Counted from the first letter of the whole stretch, positions 1-12,354 are shown. The stretch is DNA of 63,149 nt, filler included, from Octopus bimaculoides (GCF_001194135.2; 6 parts of 6 records of this genome joined end to end with filler, not necessarily neighbours in it), one strand, 5' to 3'. Program-made: numbers and translations. The notes: generated from the letters alone by a model not told the origin.

Positions 1-129
1 GGTAGAAAGAATTGGAGATATTAGAGTATCGGTAATTCCAAAACGATGGTGCGCGTGCGTGTATGGAGAGAGGCTAGTGACTTTGACGTGTGGATGCGTG
101 CGTGCGTGGATGTATATTATGTATATCTA

Positions 130-400
130 TATGTGTGCGTCTGTAATGCGCGGGTATGTAGATGATGGTGTGTGGGTGTGCGGATGATGATGCGTGAGTG
201 TGCCGATGATGGTGTGTGGTGTGAGTGCTGGAAAGTTGTCAGTGCTGGTGTGTGGAGTGGTGTGAGATGGTGTCGTGTGGTTTATGTGGTGTGTGGTGTA
301 GTTTGGTGTGGGTTGTGGCGTTTGCGTGGGCATGGGGGTTGCTGGCGGTGTGGAGTAGTGTTGGTGTATGTGCGAGTTGGTTATGTGGGGGTGAGTTGAG
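130..400. repeat. Degenerate GT/GTG-rich low-complexity tract, possibly 3' UTR/pseudo-LTR of the adjacent PLE
   Basis: Runs of gtgtg/ggtgtg; lies directly 3' (minus strand) of the PLE endonuclease relic. Confidence 0.5.
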
Positions 401-434
401 TATCAATAAGAGATAAGGTGAGTAGGAGTGAAGA

Positions 435-945
435 GAGGACGAGATTTGAGAACCTATGGCGCAAAGGTACGTAGAGAGAAGATCAAATCTTGTTTACGGC
501 GAAGGCGGGAGTCCAGATGGCCTTTTTACAAAAACAATCCGAACACAGACAAGTGTTGTAGTTAATGACCGATAGAGCGGATTTAGCGCGAAACCGGGGT
601 GTTATTGCCGCGTCTGATGCCTCGGAGGTGCTCCGCGAACGGATCAGCCACACGGCGTTCCATTCGACCGATGTACAGAGAAGGGCAGAAAGAGCATGCG
701 ATGCAGTAAATGGCGTTGCTAGAAGTACAGCTAAAGGAGTCGGTGATATGATAGGGACAAAGGGTGCCTGTGAGGATGTTGGTGTTGGAGAGGTGGTAGC
801 AAGTGTGGCAGCGTGAGCCGGAGTAGTGGAATGGGCCAGGTTAGAAGGTGGGGTTAGTGAAGAAACTGTGGAATAGTAGGTCATGGAGGTTGGGGGCTCG
901 TTTGAAGGAGGGAAGGAATAGGGAATAGGTTGGGGAAGATATGTG
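435..945 (-). mobile_element. Penelope-like retroelement relic: linker, Cys-rich region and GIY-YIG endonuclease (Neptune/Poseidon-type architecture)
   Basis: Minus-strand frame not in the ORF track: SFKRAPNLHDLLFHSFF..*PGPFHYSGSRCHTCYHLSNTNILTGTLCPYHITDSFSCTSSNAIYCIACSFCPSLYIGRMERRVADPFAEHLRGI..PVSR*IRSIGH*LQHLSVFGL..LRTFAP*VLKSR. Matches the PLE pattern RC.TC..F.C.S.N.IYCI.C..C...YIG...R...RF.EH; several in-frame stops. Confidence 0.88.
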
Positions 946-1517
946 AGGTGAAGGTGTGTGTGTATATATATGTGTGTGTATATGTGTGTGCGTGTGTCCG
1001 TATCTGTGGGTGAGACTGTCTGTGCTATTATTTTTAATTGTACATTTGGGCTTCGTGATACCGTACCCCAAAGGAGAATTGTTTCATTTCTTAGAAACAT
1101 TTATAAGACTCTTATGACGTCAATAATATGTAGATATATATTATTTGATACGCATATAAGTGTTTGTCTTGGGATGTTATTTGGAGTATTATTAATCCAC
1201 CATTACAAATATTTTGTTTGCTAATAGAAATTACAATGTTTTACGTATTGAATAAATATTTAAGAAATTTCTTATTATAAATTCTACAGTCAGAGATACA
1301 AATAATGTATTATTTGTGTTTTTATTTATATAATTTGTTGCTCTTTCTAGACAAACAGTAGTTATGTAAATGCATTCAGCCTAGTAGACAGCATAAGCGA
1401 GAAGGTATAAGGGCTCAACCCCAAATTAATTCAACGTTTCTAATGAAACGTCTCTAATTACTATTATGGTTACAATGAGAGGGTCATACTGCAGTTTACT
1501 AAATCATACTTAATATA

Positions 1518-1537
1518 TAATTATTATTATTATTATT

Positions 1538-1569
<32 letters not shown>

Positions 1570-1613
1570 TATCATCATTATTATTATTACTATAATTATT
1601 ATTATTATTATTA
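1518..1613. repeat. (ATT)n/(ATC)n compound microsatellite
   Basis: Directly visible. Confidence 0.95.
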
Positions 1614-1911
1614 TATTGCTAATGTTACTAAACTTGTTATGTCAACCTTTACTTGGGAGCATCCATATGAGGCCTACCAGAAAATTGCACATCCATTCAT
1701 ACAAAATATGCTTAAAGGAAGTAATAGCTCATAGGAAAGCGCCTACTTCAGTACGAAGTGCAAGCAAATACAATCTAAAGAGGTGTGCAGTTAAAATTAG
1801 GTTGTTAAATTAAATCATGTTATACGTGGGGTCGATCTTGAAGGAGTAAATCTAATGGGGTCAACAATAAATGGAAATAGACCAATATGCTGGCTGAAAA
1901 TTAGGCCCAGT

Positions 1912-2047
1912 TTGAGATTAAGTTAATTTAAACAAGCTAAGCCACAGTGTGGAAAGTTAAGTTAAAGGAAAAATAGTTGCAGTTAATTTTACTTTAACTT
2001 AACTTTCTACACCATGGGTTAGCCTGTTTAAATTAACTTAATCTCAA
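1912..2047. repeat. Imperfect palindrome/hairpin (arms about 55 bp), possible fold-back MITE
   Basis: ttgagattaagttaatttaaacaagctaagcc..ggaaagttaagttaaag pairs with ctttaacttaactttc..gggttagcctgtttaaattaacttaatctcaa. Confidence 0.75.
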
Positions 2048-2265
2048 CCTTACCCATTTCCTGTTCTACACTTAACCTAGCTACTTCTTTATTATTTCTA
2101 CTCGCTATTATGGTACTTATGCCTACACATCGGTGAATTCACTCTTCAGTCGTTTTTATGTGTTATACTTAAGGCTTGGAACGTATTCTTCGCATATTCA
2201 TGAAAGTTTTCTGTTTTTTTATTCCTCGGAAATATATGTGCAAGGGGTGTATAAATGATTCTTGT

Positions 2266-3300
2266 ATATATATATATTTTACCTTTCATCTCTTTTGCGG
2301 ATGATATAAACAAATTCATAACGTCAATATTAGTGTGTTTATAATTTCTCCTTAAATATCCCTATANNNNNNNNNNNNNNNNNNNNNNNNNNNNNNNNNN
2401 NNNNNNNNNNNNNNNNNNNNNNNNNNNNNNNNNNNNNNNNNNNNNNNNNNNNNNNNNNNNNNNNNNNNNNNNNNNNNNNNNNNNNNNNNNNNNNNNNNNN
2501 NNNNNNNNNNNNNNNNNNNNNNNNNNNNNNNNNNNNNNNNNNNNNNNNNNNNNNNNNNNNNNNNNNNNNNNNNNNNNNNNNNNNNNNNNNNNNNNNNNNN
2601 NNNNNNNNNNNNNNNNNNNNNNNNNNNNNNNNNNNNNNNNNNNNNNNNNNNNNNNNNNNNNNNNNNNNNNNNNNNNNNNNNNNNNNNNNNNNNNNNNNNN
2701 NNNNNNNNNNNNNNNNNNNNNNNNNNNNNNNNNNNNNNNNNNNNNNNNNNNNNNNNNNNNNNNNNNNNNNNNNNNNNNNNNNNNNNNNNNNNNNNNNNNN
2801 NNNNNNNNNNNNNNNNNNNNNNNNNNNNNNNNNNNNNNNNNNNNNNNNNNNNNNNNNNNNNNNNNNNNNNNNNNNNNNNNNNNNNNNNNNNNNNNNNNNN
2901 NNNNNNNNNNNNNNNNNNNNNNNNNNNNNNNNNNNNNNNNNNNNNNNNNNNNNNNNNNNNNNNNNNNNNNNNNNNNNNNNNNNNNNNNNNNNNNNNNNNN
3001 NNNNNNNNNNNNNNNNNNNNNNNNNNNNNNNNNNNNNNNNNNNNNNNNNNNNNNNNNNNNNNNNNNNNNNNTTTAAGAGACATATATATATATATATGCA
3101 AAAACTCACCTGTGAGCTTTTTGCTAAGACTGTTAACAGATACTATATATTTTGTAAAAATTTGTTTTATAAAAGTATATATTTAATATATATATATATG
3201 TATAAGGATATTTAAGGAGAAAATATAAACACACTAATATTGACGTTATGAATTTGCTTATATCATCCGCAAAAGAGATGAAAGGTAAAAAATATATATA
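2266..3300. repeat. Inverted repeat pair of about 100 bp (2266-2366 and 3201-3300) flanking an N gap
   Basis: acctttcatctcttttgcggatgatataaacaaattcataacgtcaatattagtgtgttt.. is the reverse complement, with a few mismatches, of ..aaacacactaatattgacgttatgaatttgcttatatcatccgcaaaagagatgaaaggt. Confidence 0.85.
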
Positions 3301-4007
3301 AGAATCATTTCACATATATATATATATATATATATATATGTATACGTAGATACAGTGCGCGGAAAAAGATAGCCTCACATTTACTATTCTTGATAAAATG
3401 TTTCACAAGTAGTCGCACAAAATGCATACGTCCAAGGAAGTATAGTAACTGAAAACAAACTGCAAAGTTGTAGCTGCCTTTGAATTCAATTAACACATGC
3501 TTCCTTTTATAAGCGTCATTCTAGTGGTCGTCTATAACTTGGAAGATTTCTCTGTTGCGCCTTATACATAAGAACATCTTTACAGCGGATTTAAACCGAT
3601 TCTGAAAGTTTATATGTAGATAAGCATTTCATAATTTTGAAATATTACAGTTTATATGGAATGAAGACGAAACAACTTCAAACATGCAGTTTTTCCAACA
3701 TAAAGTATAAGATATTCTTAAAATCTGCTTTCCTTTTCCATCATTTCTGACAAAACCAATATAAATATATTGTTACTGTTACTATGATTTTAATCAGCGA
3801 AAAATATATTTTGAAAGAATCTTTCCGTATATGTTATCTTTTGATAAATTTTGTCTTCACTTTTTCCTATAGCTTTCATGTCTTTCTTGAAATTCCTGCT
3901 CTTTAATTATGTATTGCTTCTATGGGTCTAATTTTACAGTGAAAGTATTCTCCATCGATTTCATGAATTCTATTAATAGAGTATTATTTTCCCCCGGCTT
4001 TTCTTAT

Positions 4008-4065
<58 letters not shown>

Positions 4066-4080
4066 CAGCAGCAGCAGCAG
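4008..4080. repeat. (GTA)n-(GCA)n microsatellite
   Basis: Directly visible; source of the poly-Val/Ala ORF. Confidence 0.95.
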
Positions 4081-5344
4081 TTTATGTTGTTATTCTCCCT
4101 GTCATTGTTTGTTGTTGTTTTTGTAGCCGTTATTTTCTACCCACAAAGGCAGCCCTGAATAAGGAGAACAAGTGTTTTGCAAATATGATAATTCTCTATT
4201 TAGATGCTAAATAAAAGGAGCTCAAGGTTGAAAATGCTTTCTCATGTTGTAAGACATTAAACTCTTCTTTAAGACATACTTCTCTACACCTTTTAGCATA
4301 TCAAGTGATTTCATTCATTGGTTGTGACTTTGATATCTTCATACAAAAGAAGAATTGTAGGATTTGTATGTATCACATTCAAACTGATGACCTTCGAACG
4401 GTCTTCATTAAATTATGTCTTTCAAATTGAGGTAAGCCCTTTTCTACTAATTCTGCAGAATCTACTTCTTTTTAACCAAGATATGTTTCTTTGTGGGGCT
4501 CTTGTCAACAAAGCCGTCACATGTTCTAGTTATTCTGCGCACATGTAACGCAGCGATTAACATTTTAAAGTTCGAACCTGGGATTACGTGATTCTTCTCG
4601 GAAATTCCCAGAAAGTTGGTAACTGATCCAGACATGTTGGCAGTAAAGTAACAAGAGCATTGAAAGAGAAGTAGACTTCAGTTAAAGCATAGCAGATCCA
4701 AATGAGTGAATCAAATGAATAAATATGGATTTCAACGAAGCTGACTAGATAGCGCTGGTTCTTAGAGCTGTGGATGACGCGATCTCCGGCTAAGAATCTA
4801 GAGTAAATACACGGTGCGAAAGAGTAGCCATTAAAAACAAAGCAGCTGAATAAACACGGACACTATAAGAATCATCTGATTCAGAATACGTTTCAAGTAT
4901 TATGTATAAATTTTATCCGGTCAAAATATGCTTTGGATTTAACAATATCTGAATATCACGGGTATCTAAATGTATTCTTAATGATCTAGTTATTAATTAT
5001 CTCACGAACATCAGAAACAAGAAGCACGCAATACTACATCTTAAGTTACGGTTACTCGTTAAACATAGTATTACGCACTATTTCTTTTTCATACATATCT
5101 ATCTACCTGTTTATTTTTAATTATGAGCATGTATACGCGTGAATGTTTCAGATATCAAAAGCAAAATGTTACGAGTAAATATGCCTATACGTATAAGTGT
5201 TCATGGGCTGTATGTAAATGTTATGTCTACGTACGTGTGATAACCAAAAGAAAACCATTTTGTATATTTATAAATATATGAACATTTATTAATTTACATA
5301 TTACATTTTAGACTTTTCCAATGAAATTATTTTAGCTACAACAA

Positions 5345-5346
<2 letters not shown>

Positions 5347-5427
<81 letters not shown>
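5347..5427. repeat. (AAT)n followed by (ATT)n microsatellite (self-complementary pair)
   Basis: Directly visible. Confidence 0.9.
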
Positions 5428-6681
5428 ACCATATAAGCAGAAAAACGTTATTTCGAACATTGCTAATCTTTCCAGTTTTAAACTTACTGATAACTTATCT
5501 CTTATTAAAGGATTGTATGAAAGAATATTAATTAATATTTTCGATAGCTATCAGATACGAGTAATTACTTTAGAAAACACACTCACACACGCGCTCATAT
5601 ACATAAGAATTAAGCTATTCATTCATCGATTATACACATACTTATAGAATCATAGTACACACACACATGCGTGTGTGCGTGTGTGGGTGTGCGTACGTAT
5701 GTGTGTGTGCCAGCATGCGTTTGCGTGTGCGCGCGTGCGTGTATGTGTATGCATATGAAGAACTTACATTTGTTTTCTGTGTGCATGTGTACATGTCACT
5801 TCAGGTGTGCAATTACGTATATACATTATAAAAGTCACACCCGTTTTGCGCAAATTTAAATGCTGAATTGCATCATACATCTGCCTATATCTTATACGTG
5901 GGAAATTTGACTGGCGACTGTTGATGCTGCCACCTACAGTTGCTTTTGAAGTAAGAGTAGAAGAGAAAGAGAGTTAACTAAGAAATAGAATGGAGGGTGA
6001 AGATTCCCTCTATGGGAAGAGAATAATTTTATATTTTTCTTTGCTTTATAATTATTATGCGAGATGTTTTTCTTATGAGTGAGGGAACATATGAAAAAAT
6101 ATTTCCATATTATTGATTCTTTTTTTTTTCTCATCATATATGTATACTGTCGGTTTCGACGATGAACAGTGTCGTAACAAAAGCTACATCTCTTGATTAA
6201 ATTAACGTGTGAATATTCCAGTATTGCTTGCACTCTTTGCTTAATTAATGAGGAGAACGAGAGTGGACTGTAAATAATAAAATCAGATTTTAACAAACAC
6301 ACTACAACACAATTTTTCTCAACAACATTTAATTCATAACGCTATACTCTTGTTGATGTTTTGCCATAGGATCAATTCTAAGACTCTATGAGTGTGGAAT
6401 AGATTTTTAACAACACTACTATGGATACTCTACGTCTAGAATAGATTATTAGAAAATAGAATAGATTGTTAGACAAACGCCTGTACACAGCACTCAATGC
6501 GAAATTCAGTTACACTGCGGAAAATCTAAAATGCTTGTAATCATTAAGACCCTGACTAGATACCATGCACCATAGCACTTGAAATTCATTTAACCTTATC
6601 TAAACAAGACTATACTGACAATGTAGAAAAATTCTGGAAACTCATATAGTCGCCACATCAATATTATGACCAGCAGTCAAG

Positions 6682-6820
6682 GTGAAGAGCTGGCAGAATC
6701 GTTAGCATACCGAGCAAAATACTTAGCAGAATTTTGTCTATCTATACGTTCTGAGTTGAAATGTAGCCACAGATGATTTTGCCTTTCATCATATCAGGAT
6801 CGATAAAATAAGAACCATTT
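6682..6820 (+). mobile_element. tRNA-derived SINE, family A (head gagctggcagaatcgttagca)
   Basis: A-box-like and B-box-like (gagttgaaat) head; related copies at about 11.6, 56.3 and 58.1 kb. Confidence 0.8.
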
Positions 6821-6909
6821 GATCACTGGGTTCGATATAATCGAGGTATCCACTTATCCGAACTTGCTGACATTGTACCAAAATTTGAAGTTAATGATAT
6901 GACCAGTAG

Positions 6910-7130
6910 TATACTTCGGAAACTATTACATCGGTGCCAGTTTAAATTTTGATAGTAGACACATATGCCACGCACATACTTTACGTAATGTAAAACAAAA
7001 AGAAAGAAACATCCCAATTGAATCATACATGTTAAAAGAAACATCTGTATATAGAAGATATAAGCATAACAAGGGAGATAACGAATGCACCATAATGTTC
7101 CGGAAACATTCACCTGTGCATCACAGAAAA
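6910..7130 (+). mobile_element. Very degenerate PLE GIY-YIG endonuclease fragment (tentative)
   Basis: Frame reads YFGNYYIGASLNFDSRHICHAHTLRNVKQKERNIPIESYMLKETSVYRRYKHNKGDNECTIMFRKH; similar spacing to the EN at 10.2 kb (YIG..F..R...H; Y..LKE; late Cys). Confidence 0.35.
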
Positions 7131-8423
7131 GTATAACACTATCACTCATACCAACATTCGGTAATCATTAAGAATAGGAGAACATTCTCTAGATAAGATG
7201 TAAGCTCATTTTTAAACATAAATTGTGATCAATTTTTTAACTCGTGCGCAATAACTGCAACGCCAAAAAAGTAAAAATTATCGACATTCAAATGCAAAAA
7301 GCAAATTCAAATCAAACATACGCGCAGGTGAAGAGAGAAAAATAACCTTGATCAAGAGCGTACTCATACATTCAAATATACACAAATAAATACACAGGGA
7401 AATAAATTAAGAACCATAAATATTTGATTCACAACGGCCCATGAGATACAAATTACATTCACAAAGAAGTTACGTTATATTTTAACGTTGCCTAAAACAA
7501 AGCACAAACAGGTAAGTACGCACACACACACTCACACACACACATACGCACATATACAAATACACACGTAGACAGAAGAGAGAGAGAGAGAAATACATTG
7601 ATGAAATCAACAGTAAAAACCTATAAAACCATGTATTTTAAAATAAGCAAACATGAAATATAATACAAAGTACTCCAACCAACAAAGAAATTTTTCCATC
7701 AGCTAGTAACTTCTAATGAAAAATCTGGCATGTTAAAAATGGCGCACACTCGGAAACATAGATCTTCTCCAAACAAATTAATTCAGCTAAGAAACATATC
7801 CCTTTAATTTAATTAAAAATAAAGAACAATCAATAACACAAAATAAAAACACCACAATACATCCCTTTTTTATACACTACACTCGCAACATTTCAGTGAA
7901 TATATATATTTGGCCATCGGAATAGATGGGGAAAAGACAGAATTATCAGTGAACCATAAGACTGAGTTTAATGAACAGAAGCACCCACATCACATCAATG
8001 CCAACAAATATAAATGAACAACCATTGCGATTTGTAACATTACCTGCATGAAAATCACTGAGAATAATACTCTAGGACATTATTTAATAATTAGTATAAG
8101 GAAAGTATTTGACAATGCATATATGTGTGTGTGTGTGTGATGCGCGCGGGCGCATACATGTATGTACGTGCGTTATATTGCCTGATGGCAAGTGGGCCTC
8201 TGCGCCATTAGAATCCATATATGGAGGCCCATGTTAATATCTAAGGGGCTCATACCCTCAATTTTGAGAATTTTTTATTCGCTCCTGGAAGAATGCATTA
8301 ATTGTTTCGGCCTGGCTGTATTTGTAGACAGCTGTAATGAAAGATTGAATCATAGCATTGTAGTTGCAGGTGGGTCCCTTTAGTCTCCTGGCAACCAATA
8401 TTTTTAGACCCAGTCCGCCGTAC

Positions 8424-8461
<38 letters not shown>

Positions 8462-8474
8462 CTGTGTGTATGTA

Positions 8475-8518
<44 letters not shown>

Positions 8519-8583
8519 NNNNNNNNNNTAAACAGAGAGAGAATTTTAAAAAACTTGTGGATTTAGCATTCAATATGTATATA

Positions 8584-9985
8584 TCAGGTCATCCCATAAG
8601 TTCTGTCCGAATTTTGAATAATGAAAACAAGTGATCAAATGTTATATTTAATGGCGATTTAATCAACAATGTACTTTCCCTGATTATCTATGACATCCTT
8701 CCGTCTATTTACAAGCTTTTTAATCCCATGAACGTTAAACTCTTGGTTTCAAAGCGAAGAACTCTGAAATGTCAGTTTCGACTTCCGCCTGGCTTGCGAA
8801 ATTTGTCCCCCAAATGATTCTATACATTACGAAACAAATGGTAGTCTGAAGGAGCAAGGTTGAAGAATAAGGTGGATGAGGAATTTTTTTCCTAACCAAG
8901 CTCTTCGATCTACTGCGATGTGATCTTTGCAGTGTGGGGTCGTGCATTGTCCTGATGAAACATCACTCATTTTCGATTCACTAAAGTGGCCTTTTTCTCT
9001 TCAAAGCTTGGTCCAAACGCTCTAATTGCTGACAGTAGACTTGAGCATTGATTGTTGCATTAGGTGGTATTACTCCTTTGCAATCCCAACAGATAGAGAG
9101 AAAAACCTTTTTTTTCCATGAGGTTCCCTTCTCAGTTGTGGTGGAGTGTTTTCCCTTTTTACCAAGCCACTGTTCACGATGTTCAACATTTCGATAGAAG
9201 ATCCATTTTTCGCCACCAGTCACAAGTCTATCCAAAAAGAGTGAAATGAGTTCGCGAGAATGGAGAGAAGAGCAGATTTCGACTCGGGATTTGCGGTTGC
9301 TTTCGGACAGTTCACGAGGCATCCATTTTGCAAATTGTTGAAGATGACGATAAACAGGTGTATGGCTTGAACTAAGCTTTATTGCCANNNNNNNNNNNNN
9401 NNNNNNNNNNNNNNNNNNNNNNNNNNNNNNNNNNNNNNNNNNNNNNNNNNNNNNNNNNNNNNNNNNNNNNNNNNNNNNNNNNNNNNNNNNNNNNNNNNNN
9501 NNNNNNNNNNNNNNNNNNNNNNNNNNNNNNNNNNNNNNNNNNNNNNNNNNNNNNNNNNNNNNNNNNNNNNNNNNNNNNNNNNNNNNNNNNNNNNNNNNNN
9601 NNNNNNNNNNNNNNNNNNNNNNNNNNNNNNNNNNNNNNNNNNNNNNNNNNNNNNNNNNNNNNNNNNNNNNNNNNNNNNNNNNNNNNNNNNNNNNNNNNNN
9701 NNNNNNNNNNNNNNNNNNNTAATTCAGGATTTTCTTCAAGTAATACCCCAAGGAGCTTATCATCAGACTCAACTGGACGTCCTCTTCGAACTTCATCTTC
9801 AAGGCTGAAATCTCCACTTCTGCAAGTTCTTTCATTCAAGCATTCTTTTCCATAAACTGAGTCTATGTTTCAAGTCGCTTCGGCTGCAGAGTTTCCGTTT
9901 TTGTACTCATAAACTACATTTTCGGTCTTACATCTATTGGAGAAATTGCATTTATTCCTATCTCTACCGCTACATAAATTATAAG
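8584..9985 (-). mobile_element. Mariner (DD34D) DNA transposon relic; transposase about 8659-9930, disrupted and interrupted by a gap
   Basis: YEYKNGNSAAEAT*NIDSVYGKECLNERTCR..FSLEDEVRRGRP (HTH); KW.PRELSESNRKSRVEICSSL; LVTGGEKWIFYRN; KKVFLSICWDCKGV; INAQVYCQQLERL; MFHQDNARPHT; PHPPYS..APSDYHLF; VIDNQGKYIVD*. TA followed by TIR-like tcaggtcatcccataagttctgtccg at 8582; the other TIR is only weakly recognisable. Confidence 0.93.
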
Positions 9986-10204
9986 GGGTGTCTATGTCTG
10001 TGTGTTGTTGTGTGGCCCTATTGTGTTTCTTTTTCTTGTGTGTGTGTGTGTGTCTCTGCTAAAACGGGGCGTTTGATTAGGGTTGGGCTTTGTTCTATTT
10101 GTCGGACGGTTGTTAATTTTGGTTGTTCGTGGTCATTCTAGCTGCATAGAATGCGTCTAATTTTTTATTATTATTAATAGATACTATGATGGTAGCTAAG
10201 TTAC

Positions 10205-10545
10205 ATGTCAGGCTGTGGCTGATTCTAATGTAGTTTACAAATGCGACGTACACACAAACGACCATATTAGATCTTACATTGGCGCCACGAAAAACCAAAT
10301 ACGCTTCAGATACAATGAGCACCAATCTAGCTTTTAAAATAGAAAGAAGGCAAATTCAACAGGACTTAGTAGCTATATCTAGGAATTAAAGGACAATAAT
10401 ATAGCACACAAACTAAAATGGCATATACTAAAAACAACAAATTCTTATAGCCCAACTAACAGACGTTGCGACCTCTGCCTAACTGAACGTCTCGGAATCC
10501 TAACGTCTACAACACACCTTTTAAACAAGAAATGTGAAAATAAAT
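10205..10545 (+). mobile_element. Penelope-like element GIY-YIG endonuclease relic (second lineage)
   Basis: CQAVADSNVVYKCDVHTNDHIRSYIGATKNQIRFRYNEHQSSF*NRKKANSTGLSSYI*ELKDNNIAHKLKWHILKTTNSYSPTNRRCDLCLTERLGILTSTTHLLNKKCE; matches PLE EN motifs VVY/YIG, RY.NH..SF, NST.LS.YIW.LK, KW.I, RC.LCL.E, LNKR.E. Confidence 0.9.
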
Positions 10546-10569
10546 AGTTTGTCTACACACTATATAATT

Positions 10570-10680
10570 TTCATTTTCTAAGTATAATTCAATATGTTAA
10601 AAAAACATTCACTTTCTAAGTATAATTAAATATCTAAAAAGAGTTTTCCTTTTCTAAGTATAATTAAATATAATTAAATA
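10570..10680 (+). repeat. Three imperfect ~40-bp tandem units with core tttctaagtataatt(c/a)aatat
   Basis: Core visible three times just downstream of the EN stop region. Confidence 0.75.
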
Positions 10681-11001
10681 TTAATAAGGTCAGAGTTAGC
10701 TCCCTCTTCACCAAAACTTAGAGTTACCCCCCTTTACTAACACCGCCGGTGCTAAAAAAAAAAACACACGCTCGAATTTTAAAAACAACCACGTGTGGAA
10801 TGCGTTTGGCCAAAATTGGAACTACGAGCTTGAACAGCACCCACCCTACTTCTCCTTCGCAAAAAGAAAATTAACAAAACTGCGACTAAAATGTATGACT
10901 AACATTACCTAACTCTATTCTTATACCACTATATGCATTATTATATCCCCTAACTGTTATTCCTGCATCTCTCACACCATGAACTTTAACATACTTCTCA
11001 A

Positions 11002-11053
11002 CATTCTGAAGAGATCTGCCAATCAAATTGGCACATCAAAACGATCGTCAATG
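11002..11053 (+). ncRNA. Type I hammerhead ribozyme motif (G12A variant)
   Basis: catt-CTGAAGA-gat c tgccaat caa attggca c atc-AAAA-c gatc GTC-aatg: stem I catt/aatg, long stem II, palindromic GATC loop III; GAAA is mutated to AAAA. Confidence 0.82.
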
Positions 11054-11245
11054 AATCATTATAAAATCTCCACANNNNNNNNNNNNNNNNNNNNNNNNNN
11101 NNNNNNNNNNNNNNNNNNNNNNNNNNNNNNNNNNNNNNNNNNNNNNNNNNNNNNNNNNNNNNNNNNNNNNNNNNNNNNNNNNNNNNNNNNNNNNNNNNNN
11201 NNNNNNNNNNNNNNNNNNNNNNNNNNNNNNNNNNNNNNNNNNNNN

Positions 11246-11284
<39 letters not shown>

Positions 11285-11571
11285 CTAGCTTTGATTTGCG
11301 TAGGTATACTTTTGTATAAAAATGTTTTGAAGTCTATGTATGCATCCTTGGCAAATCCTCCGCGGTAATCCATTATAATTGTGTGTAATATGTATCTCGT
11401 ATCTTATCTTGCATTCCATATGTGATTCATATATGTAGAAAAGTATAAAGTATATATATGTGCGTGCGTGTGTGTGTGTGTGTGGTTTTATTCGATAATC
11501 CATTTTACTACTAGCACAAAAACTGAAATTTTGTGTGAAGTGGTGTTAGTCAATAATCACGATGCTTAATT

Positions 11572-11703
11572 GGTACATTTTAATCGACACCGAAATGATA
11601 AAAGGCTAAATTGAGCCGGTGGAATTTGAACTCCGAACGTAAAGGCAGACGAATATGCTAAGTACTTTGTCTGGTGTGCTAACGATTCTGAATGTTAGCC
11701 ACC
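11572..11703 (-). mobile_element. tRNA-derived SINE, family A
   Basis: Reverse complement of the family A head and body (..gaatcgttagcacacc..gagttcaaattccaccgg..tcgattaaaatgtacca). Confidence 0.75.
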
Positions 11704-11994
11704 TGAAGTCGAGTTATAACAATTAGACAAAGCAAAACAAATTTACTAGAAACAGATACATTCTACAGAATACATAACATTTCTTAGCATTAATATTCTT
11801 CAGCAGTACTACAAAGTCTACGTCATCTATAACATCGAAGTCGCAGTCAGCACTATCCTTGTTATCAAATGTATATATGTGCGTTTGTGCATGTGCGTGT
11901 GTGTGTGTGCATGCACGTGCGTGTGTGTATGTATGTGTGTGTGTGTACGTGTGTGCGTGTGTGTAGGCGTGTTGCTTAGTATTTTGTAACTTGA

Positions 11995-12222
11995 GAAGTG
12001 ACATTCATGATCGTAAGATTGAGGTTCCCATTCTTGGGCCTGGTGGTGCATTGTGTTTCTGAGCAAAACACTTCCTTTCACCTTCCTCTAACCCACTCAC
12101 CTGGCTAAAAGTACTACTCCTACGACGGAGCGGCATCCCGTCCAGGAGAGGGAGAATGTATGAGCCAGCGAATCCTGTAAAACTGGCCTTATGATTCTAT
12201 GACTCGAGAGGGACGTGTTCTT
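11995..12222 (+). mobile_element. tRNA-derived SINE with conserved-core-like body
   Basis: B-box-like ggttcccattc, then ttgtgtttctgagcaaaacacttcctttcac and gcatcccgtccagg motifs typical of metazoan core-type SINEs. Confidence 0.6.
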
Positions 12223-12314
12223 ATATATATATACGTCTGTTTGTGTGTGTATTGTTAAATATATACATACATATATATATATGTATGTTAAAGTCTGTTA
12301 AAGTCTGTCATACC

Positions 12315-12354
12315 GGCCATGACGAAGGGAAATAGCCCTGAAACTCGAGTCGCC
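12315..12354 (+). ncRNA. Minimal type I hammerhead ribozyme motif (1-nt insertion in core)
   Basis: ggc-C(a)TGACGA-aggg aaatag ccct-GAAA-c tcga GTC-gcc. Confidence 0.7.

Noticed and set aside
483-1100. 205-aa minus-strand ORF as a gene
   Set aside because: It is an alternative frame over the PLE relic plus a microsatellite; the meaningful frame is the stop-containing GIY-YIG frame
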